This document shows, one piece after another, positions 41,601-51,250 of a stretch of DNA of 64,000 nt. Every line of letters starts with the position of its first letter. The stretch's first letter is position 1. The notes under the pieces were generated by a model. The model was not told the DNA's origin and ran no database searches. It saw only the letters and a program-made list of their open reading frames with translations. Location of the stretch: IMG/VR virus record IMGVR_UViG_3300042907_001269, positions 1-64,000 of that record. One strand, written 5' to 3'. The position numbers were made by a program, and so were the translations under genes. Source of the DNA: a virus.

Positions 41601-42379
41601 TTGGATTTTTAGCATTTCTTCCATCTGGAGTTGAAGCAGCAAGATTTAATAATTCTGGCAATTTGGGAATAGGAACCACAAATCCAGGAACTAGTAAACT
41701 TTCTGTTCTTGGTACTGTTGGAATTTCTGAATCAGGTAATTCAACGAATGTTGGTGGAAGAACCCAATTATCATCAAGTGGTAGTGGATTTGTATTAAAT
41801 CATAATGATAATTCACCAATTATATTCCAAACTCTGGGTGCAGAAAGATATAGATGGGACCACACTGCAGCAGCACTTTTTATTGGAAGAACAAGTTCTA
41901 CTGGAACCTCATCACAAGCACTTCAAGTTGGTTCTGCTACTACTGCTTTGGGTGCTTATGTTTCTGGTTCTGTTGGTATTGGAACCACAAACCCATCCTA
42001 CAAACTACACGTTGTTGGTTCCTTCGGTGCCACAACCAAGTCCTTCGTCGTTCCTCACCCAACAAAACCAGGTAAAACGCTCCAGTACGGTTCTCTTGAA
42101 AGCCCTTATCACGGTATTCGCCTGACTGGAAAAGGAACGATTGAGAATGGTAAGTGCGTTGTGAAACTTCCTGATTATATCTCTGCTTTCGTCAAGGAAG
42201 ATGGAGTGAATATTCATATCACAAATATCAAGCACGGAGAAGTTCTTTGGGTAGAAGAGATTGATGTTGCAAACAACAACTTCACTATTCAAACGAAGAG
42301 AACCAGAGGAACTTATGAGTTCTATTGGGACTTCACCGCAATCAGAAAAGACGTTGCTGACCTAGAAGTGGAGATTTGA
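32624..42379 (+). CDS. giant collagen-like (Gly-X-Gln)n tail fibre protein, 3251 aa
   Basis: Six GTQ/GLQ tracts separated by duplicated globular modules; VGIGTTNP fibre repeats; C-terminal [18 protein letters not shown] domain. Confidence 0.85.
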   Translation: MDKYVSGRQRKLQVGLSSYSEGTQVVEVIGRVGIGSTVFDAQYDLDVRGNTNLGANSSNLINIPGRISSNLYPSSDGVYDIGRAPQIGSGANRWKDANFLGKGTFNAGVDAHDIEIGVGAANLIYSTSGNLELNSDSGRTNIDDNLTVSGNIGVGSVNPTSKLWVTGDGYFTGVVTSSNFYVNGELVGTGGSLTNLYVSGISTFSGPVGLGSSVVDVYGNVGIAGSILISTGAGVSWVSPFAAGLQGTQGLQGTQGTQGIQGEQGTQGLQGTQGTQGLQGTQGTQGLQGTQGTQGIQGEQGTQGLQGTQGTQGIQGEQGTQGLQGTQGTQGIQGEQGTQGLQGTQGTQGLQGTQGTQGIQGEQGTQGLQGTQGTQGLQGTQGTQGLQGTQGTQGLQGTQGTQGLQGTQGTQGLQGTQGTQGLQGTQGIEGPVAGSSGQVIYKDGSNNPVGSNNLTFDGSNLYVGGNITVGGTTAFLAVNELKVNDKDIILGITTDAFDNDISTDITANHGGIAIASTEGSPLIDISIVGIDSIPSTYKQIMWIKGGTLGAGTTDAWLFNYGVGIGSTQVPNGVRLSAGGMQVTDTTVTSPYFDGIVTKQAIKGQISTSSVTSDDLILIYDNTTDQIYKSTIQDAALQGRQGIQGLQGTQGTQGLQGTQGTQGLQGTQGTQGLQGTQGTQGLQGTQGTQGIQGEQGTQGLQGTQGTQGLQGTQGTQGLQGTQGTQGLQGTQGTQGIQGEQGTQGLQGTQGTQGLQGTQGTQGLQGTQGTQGIQGEQGTQGLQGTQGTQGLQGLQGTQGTQGLQGTQGTQGLQGTQGTQGLQGTQGTQGIQGEQGTQGTQGLQGTQGTQGIQGEQGTQGLQGTQGTQGIQGEQGTQGLQGTQGTQGLQGTQGTQGLQGLQGTQGTQGIQGEQGTQGLQGTQGTQGTQGLQGTQGTQGLQGTQGIQGQQGIQGTQGIQGEQGTQGLQGTQGTQGLQGTQGTQGLQGTQGTQGTQGIQGEQGTQGLQGTQGTQGLQGTQGTQGLQGTQGTQGTQGLQGLIGPIAGSDTEVIFNDAGVSGASSNFTFNKNTSTVQIGGVSGTGIGINTNTITGPSELIIDPAGVGVDTGVVRIKGDLYVDGTTTTINSTIVEIADAQIGIATTVGTNLLLDGAGIGIGSTNIRKTLTYDFSSDSLKSSENFDLENNKVYKINEVEVLSSTTLGTGVTISSIRSVSPGLISDRPEVSATADDYILYYDNLDGTLKKSTIQNAALQGVQGTQGLQGTQGLQGTQGLQGTQGTQGTQGLQGTQGTQGTQGLQGTQGAQGTQGLQGTQGAQGTQGLQGTQGAQGTQGLQGTQGTQGTQGLQGTQGLQGTQGLQGTQGLQGTQGAQGTQGLQGTQGLQGTQGLQGTQGLQGTQGLQGTQGTQGTQGLQGTQGAQGTQGTQGLQGTQGTQGTQGLQGTQGLQGTQGLQGTQGLQGTQGLQGTQGTQGTQGLQGTQGLQGTQGAQGTQGLQGTQGLQGTQGTQGTQGLQGTQGTQGTQGLQGTQGLTGPIAGSNSQVIFNNNNVSAGATNFVYDAVNQRVGIGTTVPTTNLDVNGGIRLRGSLFDKDNEPGAPGQVLASTGSGVDWVAAAAAGAITGITIREEGSVVGTTDSVNSVNFVGPNVTATASGAGATITIADYVSNAGIATNLKGGATGNIPYQSSPDNTVFLANGTSGYVLQSNGVGAAPTWVPAAAAGAITGITIREEGSVVGTPDSVNSINFVSGNLTATATGVGATIALTDTPTFTGLTVNGTTNINSNLNVSGNITVGGTTAFISVNELVVRDKDIILGFTTNALNQDVSTDTTANHGGIAIASTEGTPLVDISVVGIDSIASTYKQIMWIKGGTLGAGTTDAWLFNYGVGIGSTQVPNGVRLAVGGVHITDSQITATRFNGTASNLDINGLPTVTDPQSGDFIALYDVSGTVVGKATIQNAALQGLQGTQGLQGTQGLQGTQGRQGTQGLQGTQGTQGTQGLQGTQGTQGTQGLQGTQGAQGTQGLQGTQGAQGTQGLQGTQGNQGTQGLQGTQGTQGTQGLQGTQGLQGTQGTQGTQGLQGTQGLQGTQGLQGTQGLQGTQGLQGTQGLQGTQGLQGTQGLQGTQGRQGLQGTQGTQGTQGLQGTQGTQGTQGTQGLQGTQGTQGLTGPVAGTDKQVIFNNNNVSAGATNFVYDAVNQSVGIGTVSPGAGIKLDVVGGEIKAGRVDTSNEGGQLSFGRATDNATAWYIDVYGNTSTPNLRFVDVSNAAVRAQIDGSGNFVFESPIELNSTLKDIYNNVGAAGSILVSTGAGVSWTTPFAAGIQGLQGTQGTQGTQGTQGLQGTQGTQGAQGLQGTQGIQGRQGLQGTQGTQGTQGTQGLQGTQGTQGTQGLQGTQGTQGLQGTQGLQGTQGTQGTQGTQGTQGTQGTQGLQGTQGTQGTQGLQGTQGIQGRQGLQGTQGTQGLQGTQGTQGTQGTQGTQGTQGLQGTQGTQGITGPVAGSNTQVIFNDNGVSGASANFTFNKNTSTVQIGGVSGTGIGINTNTITGPAELIIDPAAIGNDTGVVRIKGDLYVDGTQTIINSTTIELADLRVGIATTIGTSLLLDGGGIGIGSANIVKTILWNHTAQALTSSEDWNLASGKSYEINGTSVLNATTLGSGVTDSSLRKVAPQIISDRVELTAPEVQSGDYLLLYDVSDGQLKKATIQNAALQGLQGTQGIQGRQGLQGTQGTQGTQGTQGTQGLQGTQGTQGTQGLQGTQGTQGTQGLQGTQGLQGTQGLQGTQGLQGTQGLQGTQGLQGTQGTQGTQGLQGTQGLQGTQGLQGTQGLQGTQGLQGTQGLQGTQGLQGTQGTQGTQGLQGTQGLQGTQGLQGTQGLQGTQSTQGTQGLQGAQGLQGLQGVQGNNNGGVTVVNDVSTNALRYIVFEDVTSGVSTNVGVSSTKLTFNPSTGNVGVGTTNPANKLQVSGGSILLDNGTSATVNTSAHIGFGTNLVSRIVGRDNNTGLGFLAFLPSGVEAARFNNSGNLGIGTTNPGTSKLSVLGTVGISESGNSTNVGGRTQLSSSGSGFVLNHNDNSPIIFQTLGAERYRWDHTAAALFIGRTSSTGTSSQALQVGSATTALGAYVSGSVGIGTTNPSYKLHVVGSFGATTKSFVVPHPTKPGKTLQYGSLESPYHGIRLTGKGTIENGKCVVKLPDYISAFVKEDGVNIHITNIKHGEVLWVEEIDVANNNFTIQTKRTRGTYEFYWDFTAIRKDVADLEVEI
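33352..41292 (+). repeat. six 9-bp-period coding tandem arrays (ggtactcaa/ggtcttcag) at approx. 33352-33910, 34528-35727, 36365-37197, 38479-39096, 39557-40078, 40720-41292
   Basis: Direct inspection; encode Gly-X-Gln triplets. Confidence 0.95.
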
Positions 42380-42380
42380 T

Positions 42381-43079
42381 ATGACGATTGGTTATGGTCC
42401 CTCAATAGTTACTTCAGGATTAGTTCTTGCTCTAGACGCAGCAGATAGAAACTCATATCCTGGTTCTGGAACCACTTGGACTGATTTGACTGGTCGTGGA
42501 AATAATGGAACTTTAACGAATGGACCGACTTATAGTAGTTCTAATGGTGGGTCTATTGTTTTTGATGGGACGAATGATTATGTGAATACTGTTACAGCAA
42601 CTTCGTTAGGTATCAATTCAGCATCTACTTCTTTTACTATTAGTGTTTGGTTTAAAACAACTGGAACTCTTGAATATTATTTGTTTGACAACTATAATGG
42701 TAATGTTAATATAGACATAAGTTTAAGAATTGATGGAGGAAGATTTGAAGTTTATATGGCAGCAACAGGGGCAATTGATAGTGTTCAGTTTGGTTCTGGA
42801 TATAATAATGGTGCTTGGCATAATTTTACACTTACTTGGAATGGTTCAAATAGAATAAATGCTTATGCGGATAGTATTAATATTGGATCTAATACAACTT
42901 CTATAACTGGTTCATTTGAATCTAATGCTGCATTTCAGATAGGATTCAGACCAGTAGGTGGAATTAATACATACTACTTTCCCGGAAACATATCACAAGT
43001 CTCTGTATACAACAGAGCACTCACAGCATCAGAAATCCAACAAAACTTCAACGCAACTCGTAGTAGGTTTGGTATCTAA
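42381..43079 (+). CDS. LamG/concanavalin A-like domain protein
   Basis: GLVLALDAAD..SYPGSGTTWTDL, FDGTNDY, YNRALTASEIQQNF. Confidence 0.85.
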   Translation: MTIGYGPSIVTSGLVLALDAADRNSYPGSGTTWTDLTGRGNNGTLTNGPTYSSSNGGSIVFDGTNDYVNTVTATSLGINSASTSFTISVWFKTTGTLEYYLFDNYNGNVNIDISLRIDGGRFEVYMAATGAIDSVQFGSGYNNGAWHNFTLTWNGSNRINAYADSINIGSNTTSITGSFESNAAFQIGFRPVGGINTYYFPGNISQVSVYNRALTASEIQQNFNATRSRFGI

Positions 43080-43081
43080 AA

Positions 43082-43753
43082 ATGGCACTTTCTCACGGAC
43101 CACCGATAGTTACGAATGGTTTAGTATTAGCACTTGATGCGGCAGATAGAAACTCATATCCAGGTTCTGGAACCACCTGGACTGATTTGAGTGGTAGAGG
43201 TAATAATGGAACTCTTACAACTGGACCGACTTTTAGTAGTTCTAATGGTGGATCTATTGTTTTTGATGGTACTGATGACTTTATTGATTTTACTTCAGAC
43301 TCCAATTTACTTCCAACAGCAGGACTAACAGTTTCTGCTTGGATAAAGACTACTGTTGCTGATAGATGGATAGTAACTAAAACGAGTTCTTCTACTGTAA
43401 ATGGATATGCCCTTAATGTTAGTGGTGCTGGGTTGGCAGGATTTGCTGTAAATAATGCAGGTGCAAGTACTTCTGCTGTTATTACTACTGGTGCCTGGAT
43501 TAATTTAGTAGGAACCTGGACTCCTTCAACTTCTATAAGAATGTACCGAAATGGAGTATTAGACAGTACAAATACAACTTCAATACCTGCTTCTATTATA
43601 GAACCATCTTATACCATAGAAATTGGAAGAAGACCTAATGGACCTGATTACTTGAACGGAAACATAGCACAAGTTTCCATCTACAATAGAGCACTCACAG
43701 CATCAGAAGTCTCACAAAACTTTAATGCCCTTAGAGGCAGATTTAATATCTAA
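43082..43753 (+). CDS. LamG/concanavalin A-like domain protein
   Basis: Same framework motifs as 42381..43079. Confidence 0.85.
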   Translation: MALSHGPPIVTNGLVLALDAADRNSYPGSGTTWTDLSGRGNNGTLTTGPTFSSSNGGSIVFDGTDDFIDFTSDSNLLPTAGLTVSAWIKTTVADRWIVTKTSSSTVNGYALNVSGAGLAGFAVNNAGASTSAVITTGAWINLVGTWTPSTSIRMYRNGVLDSTNTTSIPASIIEPSYTIEIGRRPNGPDYLNGNIAQVSIYNRALTASEVSQNFNALRGRFNI

Positions 43754-43765
43754 GAGGTAGAGAAA

Positions 43766-44518
43766 ATGGCAGCGTCTTCAGGTCCTGATATTGTAGATAG
43801 TGGATTAGTTCTAGCACTTGATGCGGCAGATAGAAACTCATATCCTGGTTCTGGAACGACTTGGACTGATTTGAGTGGTAATGGGAATAATTTTACTCTT
43901 GTTAATCCATCATATTATTCCTATAGTTCATCAAATAGTGGTTCAATAGCATTTACAAGAACATTACCACCAACAGCAGAAGATGGTGGATATGCCACAT
44001 TAAACACTTCTGGAATTTTAACAGCAGCAAATTATTTACATAATAATCATACAACAGAAGTGTGGTTTAAATCAAATGATAGAAATCCCACAAATTATAA
44101 TGGAACGGAAAATGTAAGTGTAATAGCAACATATACTGGATTTCATAATATGTGGTACTATGATTCGATATCTTATAGATATGTGATATGGGGAAGAACC
44201 TCTGGGGTTAATAATGTTTATGAACTTTCTTTTTCGGATACATCTTCTGGAGTTTGGACGCAGTTAGTTGCCGTAAGAAATGGAACGACTTTAACTTTAT
44301 ATAAAAATGGAGTGTCTCAAACAAGTGGAACTATAACTTCTGGAACTGAAGGAACTCCAAGTGATAACCGTATAAGAATTGCTACTGCAAATTATGGTGG
44401 AGATTATAGTTGGCATTCAAATCTTAATTTTGCCACTTTAAAAATGTATACACGAGCACTCACAGCATCAGAAGTCTCACAAAACTTCAACGCAACTCGC
44501 AGTAGGTTTGGTATTTAA
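43766..44518 (+). CDS. LamG/concanavalin A-like domain protein
   Basis: Same N- and C-terminal framework, divergent core. Confidence 0.85.
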   Translation: MAASSGPDIVDSGLVLALDAADRNSYPGSGTTWTDLSGNGNNFTLVNPSYYSYSSSNSGSIAFTRTLPPTAEDGGYATLNTSGILTAANYLHNNHTTEVWFKSNDRNPTNYNGTENVSVIATYTGFHNMWYYDSISYRYVIWGRTSGVNNVYELSFSDTSSGVWTQLVAVRNGTTLTLYKNGVSQTSGTITSGTEGTPSDNRIRIATANYGGDYSWHSNLNFATLKMYTRALTASEVSQNFNATRSRFGI

Positions 44519-44572
44519 AAAATGTTACTCACTTTAATGTCTAATAAATACTTAACAAAAGGAATATAGGGG

Positions 44573-47500
44573 ATGGCAAATTCGGATAAAGATATTCTTA
44601 TAACCCCAAGTATAGGATCTACTAATACGGATCCAAAAATAGATTTTGTAGGAGCAAGTACAAATACTGGACCTTCTACTATTACTGCGGTTGTATATCC
44701 GACGAATAATGGCACTCTAAGTTTTCAAGGAAGTGAAGGAACTCTATTTTCTATTAGTAATATCTTATCTTCTGGTTCAATCTTTAGCGTCAATCCAATC
44801 TCTGGTATTCCGATTATTGACGTTAATGCTGACAGAACAATTGCACTAAATCCTTTTGGTGGAAATACTGGTATTGGTTCCACAAGTCCAAGAGCAAAGT
44901 TAGATGTTGTCGGTGATGTAAGAGTATCTGGTGCCTCTACTTTTGGTGGAACTCTAGAATTAGATGCCGGATTAAGAGATTTTTATGGAAATATAGGTGC
45001 CGCTGGTAGTGTCTTTATTTCTACAGGTGCCGGAGTAAGTTGGACTACTCCATTTGCGGCTGGTTTGCAAGGACTCCAAGGATTACAAGGTACTCAGGGT
45101 AATCAAGGATTACAGGGTAGACAAGGACTTCAGGGAACTCAAGGTACACAAGGTCTTCAAGGTACTTTAGGTTCTCAAGGTACACAAGGTCTTCAGGGTA
45201 CTTTAGGTTCTCAAGGCACCCAAGGTCTTCAGGGTACTTTAGGTTCTCAAGGTACTCAGGGATTACAAGGTACTTTAGGTTCTCAAGGTACTCAAGGTCT
45301 CCAGGGTACTTTAGGTTCTCAGGGTACTCAAGGACTTCAAGGTACTCAAGGACTTCAGGGTACTCAAGGTCTTCAGGGTACTCAAGGTCTTCAAGGTACT
45401 TTAGGTTCTCAAGGTACTCAAGGATTGCAGGGTACTTTAGGTTCTCAAGGTACTCAAGGATTGCAGGGTACTTTAGGTTCTCAGGGTACTCAAGGACTTC
45501 AGGGTACTCAAGGTCTTCAGGGTACTCAAGGTCTTCAGGGTACTCAAGGATTGCAGGGTACTTTAGGTTCTCAAGGTACTCAAGGATTGCAGGGTACTTT
45601 AGGTTCTCAAGGTACTCAAGGATTGCAGGGTACTTTAGGTTCTCAAGGTACTCAAGGATTGCAGGGTACTTTAGGTTCTCAAGGTACTCAAGGTCTCCAG
45701 GGTACTTTAGGTTCTCAAGGTACTCAAGGTCTTCAGGGTAATCAAGGATTGCAGGGTAGACAAGGACTTCAGGGAACTCAAGGATTACAAGGTGCTCAAG
45801 GACTACAGGGTCTAACAGGTCCGGTAGCAGGATCTGCTAATCAAATTGTTTATAAGGATGGGTCTAATAATCCAACCGGTTCTGGTAATCTAACTTTTGA
45901 TGGTACTAATCTTTATGTTGGTGGTAATGTAACGATTGGCGGAACATCGGTTCTTATTGCTTCTACCACTTTAACAGTAAAAGATAAAGATATTATTGTA
46001 GGTCTTGCTACTACTGCTGGTGGTGCCGTTATTTCAAATGATACTACAGCAAATCACGGTGGTATTGCGGTTGCTTCAACAGAGGGAAGTCCATTATTTG
46101 ATATTAATGCTGGTGTTGGTACTGATGACGTTCCATCTACATATAAACAAATTATGTGGATTAAGTCTGGTACTTTTACTGGACTGAATACTGATGCCTG
46201 GTTATTTAATTATGCGGTTGGTGTCGGCACTAATCAAGTTCCTAATGGGGTGAGACTTGCCGCTGGTGGAATTCAAGTTACTGATTTAACCGTAACTTCT
46301 CCGCAATTAAGAATTACTGGTCTCTCTACATTTGTTCAAACTGTTGAACTAGACGCTGGATTAAGAGATTTTTATGGAAATGTAGGGGCTGCTGGTAGTG
46401 TTCTCAGTTCTACTGGTACAGGAGTAAGTTGGACTGCTCCATTTGCGGCTGGTTTGCAAGGTCTTCAGGGTACTCAAGGACTCCAAGGAACTCAGGGACT
46501 TCAGGGTAATCAAGGATTGCAGGGTAGACAAGGACTTCAAGGTACACAAGGACTTCAGGGAACTCAAGGTCTTCAGGGAACTCAAGGTCTTCAGGGTACT
46601 CAAGGACTTCAGGGTACTCAAGGACTCCAAGGTACTTTAGGTTCTCAGGGTACTCAAGGTCTTCAAGGTACTTTAGGTTCTCAAGGCACTCAAGGTCTTC
46701 AGGGTAATCAAGGATTGCAGGGTACTCAAGGTCTTCAGGGTAATCAAGGATTGCAGGGTAGACAAGGACTTCAAGGTACTCAAGGATTACAAGGTGCTCA
46801 AGGACTACAAGGTACTCAAGGACTTCAGGGTCTTCAGGGTGGAAATAATGGTGGAGTAACAATACTTGATGATACTACCACAAATTCAAATTGGTATGTG
46901 GCAATATCAAGTGTAACTTCAGGTATTCAAACCACATTAAGAGTTTCATCTACAAGACTTCAAATTAATCCTTCAACAGGGGCACTTGGAATTGGAACTG
47001 TCATTGATGTTGTTCCTTATGATACTTTAAACTCTGGAACACTTTCTTTTGAGGGTTCTGCTGGGCAACTCTTTAGTATTACAAATAATCTAACTACTGG
47101 TTCTATCTTCTCAGTTAATGATGTTTCTGGTATTCCAAGTATTGATGTAAATGCCGATGGAACTATTCAATTAGCACCTTATGGAATTAATGAAAAAGTA
47201 GGTATTGGAACCACACTTCCAACATCAAAACTCACAGTTCAGGGTGATGTAAGAGTTTCTGGTGCTTCTACTTTTGTTGGATTAATTGAACTTGATTCAT
47301 CCTTAAGAGATTTTTATGGAAATATAGGTGCCGCTGGTAGTGTCTTTATTTCTACTGGTGCCGGAGTTAGTTGGACTACTCCATTTGCTGCTGGATTACA
47401 AGGATTACAAGGTAATCAAGGATTACAAGGTAATCAAGGATTGCAGGGTAGACAAGGACTTCAGGGAACTCAAGGTCTTCAGGGTACTTTAGGTTCTCAG

Positions 47501-48916
47501 GGATTACAAGGTACTTTAGGTTCTCAAGGTACACAAGGACTTCAAGGTCTTCAGGGTACTCAAGGTACACAAGGACTTCAAGGACTTCAAGGATTACAAG
47601 GTACTCAAGGACTTCAGGGTACTTTAGGTTCTCAGGGTACTCAGGGATTACAGGGTACTTTAGGTTCTCAGGGTACACAAGGACTTCAAGGTAATCAAGG
47701 ATTGCAGGGTAGACAAGGACTTCAGGGCACTTTAGGTTCTCAGGGTACTCAGGGATTACAAGGTACTTTAGGTTCTCAGGGTACTCAGGGATTACAAGGT
47801 ACTTTAGGTTCTCAGGGTACTCAGGGATTACAAGGTACTTTAGGTTCTCAGGGAACTCAAGGATTACAAGGTACTTTAGGTTCTCAGGGTACTCAAGGTC
47901 TCCAAGGTACTTTAGGTTCTCAAGGTACTCAGGGATTACAGGGTACTTTAGGTTCTCAAGGTACTCAGGGATTACAAGGTACTTTAGGTTCTCAGGGTAC
48001 TCAAGGTCTCCAAGGTACTTTAGGTTCTCAAGGTACTCAGGGATTACAAGGTAATCAAGGATTGCAGGGTAGGCAAGGTCTTCAGGGTACTTTAGGTTCT
48101 CAAGGTACTCAAGGATTACAAGGTACTTTAGGTTCTCAAGGTACACAAGGACTTCAGGGAACTCAAGGTCTCCAGGGTACTTTAGGTTCTCAGGGAACTC
48201 AAGGATTACAAGGTCTAACAGGTCCAGTAGCTGGTTCTGCCAATCAAGTCGTCTATAAGGATGGTACTAATACTGCAACCGGTTCTGCTAATCTTACTTT
48301 TAATGGTACTACTTTAACTGCTACTCAGATAGATTTAAGTGCTAGTGGAACTGCAAGTGATTCTGTTCTTTACTTATCCGGTACTCCAACTAGTTCAAGT
48401 GGCACAAATGGTCTCTTAGGTATAGGTCAACTTAACTTCTCTGATACTGATATTATTGCTAATTTTGTTCATAGTGTCAATAGTTATGCACAAGTAGTTG
48501 TTCAGAATAAAAATAGTGGATCTACATCTTCTGCAGATGTTATTGTTAATAATGACCGTGCCGCAGGAACAACTTATTTCGGTGACTTTGGAATTAATGG
48601 AACCACATTTGCCGGTGGTGGACCATTCGGAGACCCTGATGGTACTTATCTATATTCTTCCGGAGGAACTCTTACACTAGGTTCTCAGGGAGCATATAAT
48701 GTTAAAGTTGCTTCAAATAATACAGAAAGAGTTACGATTCTGAGTACTGGTAATGTTGGTATAGGAACCGCAAGTCCATCATTCACGGCAGATATTGCTG
48801 GTGATGCAAGAGTAACCTCAACAAACAAGATGAGATTTGGTGGAACTTCAGGAACCACTAACTTCTATATACAGTATAATTCCACGACTAACAGTTTAGA
48901 CTTCGTGGCAGGATAA
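44573..48916 (+). CDS. collagen-like tail fibre protein, 1447 aa
   Basis: Three GLQ/GTL/GSQ tracts; shares globular module ([20 protein letters not shown]) with the 3251-aa protein. Confidence 0.85.
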   Translation: MANSDKDILITPSIGSTNTDPKIDFVGASTNTGPSTITAVVYPTNNGTLSFQGSEGTLFSISNILSSGSIFSVNPISGIPIIDVNADRTIALNPFGGNTGIGSTSPRAKLDVVGDVRVSGASTFGGTLELDAGLRDFYGNIGAAGSVFISTGAGVSWTTPFAAGLQGLQGLQGTQGNQGLQGRQGLQGTQGTQGLQGTLGSQGTQGLQGTLGSQGTQGLQGTLGSQGTQGLQGTLGSQGTQGLQGTLGSQGTQGLQGTQGLQGTQGLQGTQGLQGTLGSQGTQGLQGTLGSQGTQGLQGTLGSQGTQGLQGTQGLQGTQGLQGTQGLQGTLGSQGTQGLQGTLGSQGTQGLQGTLGSQGTQGLQGTLGSQGTQGLQGTLGSQGTQGLQGNQGLQGRQGLQGTQGLQGAQGLQGLTGPVAGSANQIVYKDGSNNPTGSGNLTFDGTNLYVGGNVTIGGTSVLIASTTLTVKDKDIIVGLATTAGGAVISNDTTANHGGIAVASTEGSPLFDINAGVGTDDVPSTYKQIMWIKSGTFTGLNTDAWLFNYAVGVGTNQVPNGVRLAAGGIQVTDLTVTSPQLRITGLSTFVQTVELDAGLRDFYGNVGAAGSVLSSTGTGVSWTAPFAAGLQGLQGTQGLQGTQGLQGNQGLQGRQGLQGTQGLQGTQGLQGTQGLQGTQGLQGTQGLQGTLGSQGTQGLQGTLGSQGTQGLQGNQGLQGTQGLQGNQGLQGRQGLQGTQGLQGAQGLQGTQGLQGLQGGNNGGVTILDDTTTNSNWYVAISSVTSGIQTTLRVSSTRLQINPSTGALGIGTVIDVVPYDTLNSGTLSFEGSAGQLFSITNNLTTGSIFSVNDVSGIPSIDVNADGTIQLAPYGINEKVGIGTTLPTSKLTVQGDVRVSGASTFVGLIELDSSLRDFYGNIGAAGSVFISTGAGVSWTTPFAAGLQGLQGNQGLQGNQGLQGRQGLQGTQGLQGTLGSQGLQGTLGSQGTQGLQGLQGTQGTQGLQGLQGLQGTQGLQGTLGSQGTQGLQGTLGSQGTQGLQGNQGLQGRQGLQGTLGSQGTQGLQGTLGSQGTQGLQGTLGSQGTQGLQGTLGSQGTQGLQGTLGSQGTQGLQGTLGSQGTQGLQGTLGSQGTQGLQGTLGSQGTQGLQGTLGSQGTQGLQGNQGLQGRQGLQGTLGSQGTQGLQGTLGSQGTQGLQGTQGLQGTLGSQGTQGLQGLTGPVAGSANQVVYKDGTNTATGSANLTFNGTTLTATQIDLSASGTASDSVLYLSGTPTSSSGTNGLLGIGQLNFSDTDIIANFVHSVNSYAQVVVQNKNSGSTSSADVIVNNDRAAGTTYFGDFGINGTTFAGGGPFGDPDGTYLYSSGGTLTLGSQGAYNVKVASNNTERVTILSTGNVGIGTASPSFTADIAGDARVTSTNKMRFGGTSGTTNFYIQYNSTTNSLDFVAG
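45062..48217 (+). repeat. three coding arrays with a 36-bp unit (GTLGSQGTQGLQ) mixed with 9/18-bp units at approx. 45062-45815, 46451-46840, 47393-48217
   Basis: ggtactttaggttctcaaggtactcaaggattgcag repeated. Confidence 0.92.
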
Positions 48917-48920
48917 TATT

Positions 48921-51209
48921 ATGCCAGATATTGTAGGAAGATTAGACCAATACGCATCTATAGTCGCATATGAGTTTGATGATTACTCTATGAGTGAGAA
49001 TTTAGTTTCATACTCTACATACAATACAGCTACTTGGGTTAATAATTTTCCTGCAGGAGCAACATTAACTACAGGAATTGATGCACCTGATGGAACAACT
49101 ACTGCAGTTAGATTTACTTGCAACAATACAACAAATGCATTGTTGAGAGTAAATATACCTTCACTTACTCCTAATGGAACTGATACTTATATAACAAGTT
49201 TTTATGTAAGAAAAATTAGTGGAACAGGTAGTGCTTTTACAGATTTGGGTGATGGAAATCCCTCTGCGGATTATTCATCACAATTAGTTACTAATCAATG
49301 GGTAAGAGTGACTGTAAGTGGAGTTCCAACAGCAACTGCAAAAACTTTCTTAGATTTGTTTTCCGACAATAATACAAATTATGTTTTAGATTTTTGGGGA
49401 GTTCAATTAGAAAAAAGTTCATTGGTAACTGATTATACCCCAACATCAGGCACAGCAATTAGTAGAGTTCTGGCATCAACAACCAACACAAACATCACAG
49501 GACTTGGAACATATTATAGTTCTGGATTTAGTGAAAATGTAGGTGCTGCAACTACACTCACCGCAAATGTCTTTCCACCTTATGACTTAGTATATGATGA
49601 GTTTGGAGGAACTTTCTTTGGTGCGGGGCAAGGAAGATATATGAGACAAAATACTGATAAGTCTGTGATTGTTTATAATGAAATTAATGAGATGGATTTA
49701 TTTGTAACTGATGTTACTACTAGTGGAATGCAACTGTATATTGATGCCGGAATTTCTACAAGTGTTACTCAAATTGCCGCAGTAAGTCAGGAATTATATA
49801 CTACACCGGGAACTTATACCTTTGTTGTACCTGCCGGTTATACTTCAATCTCTGCCGTTTGTGTCGGTGGAGGTGGTGGAGGTGGAAATGATACTGACCC
49901 AGAAGAACCAGGTTCTGGTGGCGGCGGCGGCGGGCTTGCATATCAAGCATCTATTGCCGTTACTCCCGGAGAAAGTCTTACAGTTGTGGTTGGTTCTGGT
50001 GGAGGTTCCAATACTGCTGGTGGGCAATCTAGAATTCATAGGAGTGGAACAAATTTAGTTGCCGCAAATGGAGGTGGCGCCGGGCAAAGTCCAGACAATG
50101 GAAATGCCGGTGGTACTGGAGGAACTGTAGTTGTTGGTACTGGAGGTGCCGGTGGTGCTGGCGGGGCAACTGCTGATGGAAATACTCAAGGTGCTGGCGG
50201 TGGTGGTGCCGGTGGTTATTCTGGAACTGGCGGAACAGGTCAAGATGGTGACTTAACTCCTGCTTCTACTAATGGTTCTGGCGGAGGCGGTGGCGGTGGT
50301 GGACAAAATGCCGGTGGTGGAGGTGTAGGTATACTTGGTGCTGGTACTAGTGGGAATGGAAGTGGAGCTGGAACCGGAGGTCTTGCCGGTTCTAGTGGCA
50401 CTAATGGTAGTAACTCTGGTACACTTAATGGTGCTGGTGGTGCTTATGGTGGTGGTGGTGCCGGTGCTGCCGGTGGAGATACTCCAGGTAGTGGTGCAAA
50501 TGGTGCCGTAAGAATTATCTATGGTGCTGGTAGGTCTTATCCTTCAACTAATGTCACCGATCAATCTTCACCTGCTTATTTCACCATAGCAGACTTAAGT
50601 GGAAATGGAAGAACCGCAAGTACTGTACCTTTAGGTGAACCAACATATTCTTCAATCATACGAGAGGGTTCAGTAGCATTTGATGGTACAAATGATTATA
50701 TGACCATCAGTGGATATAAAGGAATAACCGGAACAGGAGCAAGAACATCAATCATCTGGTTCAGAGCAAGGGTGCCAAACATTGCGTATCGTCTTTTTGG
50801 TTGGGGTACTACTGCGACTGGAGGTAAATGGAATGTATCATTAGATGCGACAACATTTAGACCAAGAGTAGAAATTGCCACCGGAAGTGTTCTTGCCAAT
50901 ACAAGTGCTCCTAATGTTACGAATGGTGCATGGTATATGATTGCGGCATCGGCACCTGCTAGTGGAACTGCAAGTAGTATTAAACTTTATATTGATGGTT
51001 ATTTGGTAACTGATACGACGGTAACTTCTGGAGCAACGGCAATTAATACTGTCTCGGGTTCTGATGTGTCTTTTGGTGCTTCTCTTGCGGATGCCGCACC
51101 AGGATATTTGAATGGAAATGTGGCACAATTTCTGACTTATAATCGTCAATTAACGGACTTGGAAATACTTCAGATATATAAGATTATAACAAACCGCTTC
51201 TGGTTGTAG
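48921..51209 (+). CDS. virion protein with carbohydrate-binding-like, glycine-rich and LamG domains
   Basis: APDGTTTA..WGVQLE; YTTPGTYTFVVPAG..GGGGG Gly-rich region; C-terminal FDGTNDY..YNRQLT. Confidence 0.75.
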   Translation: MPDIVGRLDQYASIVAYEFDDYSMSENLVSYSTYNTATWVNNFPAGATLTTGIDAPDGTTTAVRFTCNNTTNALLRVNIPSLTPNGTDTYITSFYVRKISGTGSAFTDLGDGNPSADYSSQLVTNQWVRVTVSGVPTATAKTFLDLFSDNNTNYVLDFWGVQLEKSSLVTDYTPTSGTAISRVLASTTNTNITGLGTYYSSGFSENVGAATTLTANVFPPYDLVYDEFGGTFFGAGQGRYMRQNTDKSVIVYNEINEMDLFVTDVTTSGMQLYIDAGISTSVTQIAAVSQELYTTPGTYTFVVPAGYTSISAVCVGGGGGGGNDTDPEEPGSGGGGGGLAYQASIAVTPGESLTVVVGSGGGSNTAGGQSRIHRSGTNLVAANGGGAGQSPDNGNAGGTGGTVVVGTGGAGGAGGATADGNTQGAGGGGAGGYSGTGGTGQDGDLTPASTNGSGGGGGGGGQNAGGGGVGILGAGTSGNGSGAGTGGLAGSSGTNGSNSGTLNGAGGAYGGGGAGAAGGDTPGSGANGAVRIIYGAGRSYPSTNVTDQSSPAYFTIADLSGNGRTASTVPLGEPTYSSIIREGSVAFDGTNDYMTISGYKGITGTGARTSIIWFRARVPNIAYRLFGWGTTATGGKWNVSLDATTFRPRVEIATGSVLANTSAPNVTNGAWYMIAASAPASGTASSIKLYIDGYLVTDTTVTSGATAINTVSGSDVSFGASLADAAPGYLNGNVAQFLTYNRQLTDLEILQIYKIITNRFWL

Positions 51210-51250
51210 TTTAGTTTATCTCATAAATATAAAAAAGGTATTCGCTAATA

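Noticed and set aside
33318-48146. Long alternative-frame and antisense ORFs (VLKVFR, LEYPED, STLKTL repeats)
   Set aside because: Shadows of the 9-bp coding repeats, which lack stops in other frames; they begin and end with the repeat tracts
33352-48217. Possible CRISPR array or non-coding satellite
   Set aside because: No unique spacers; repeats are in frame and vary mainly at third codon positions
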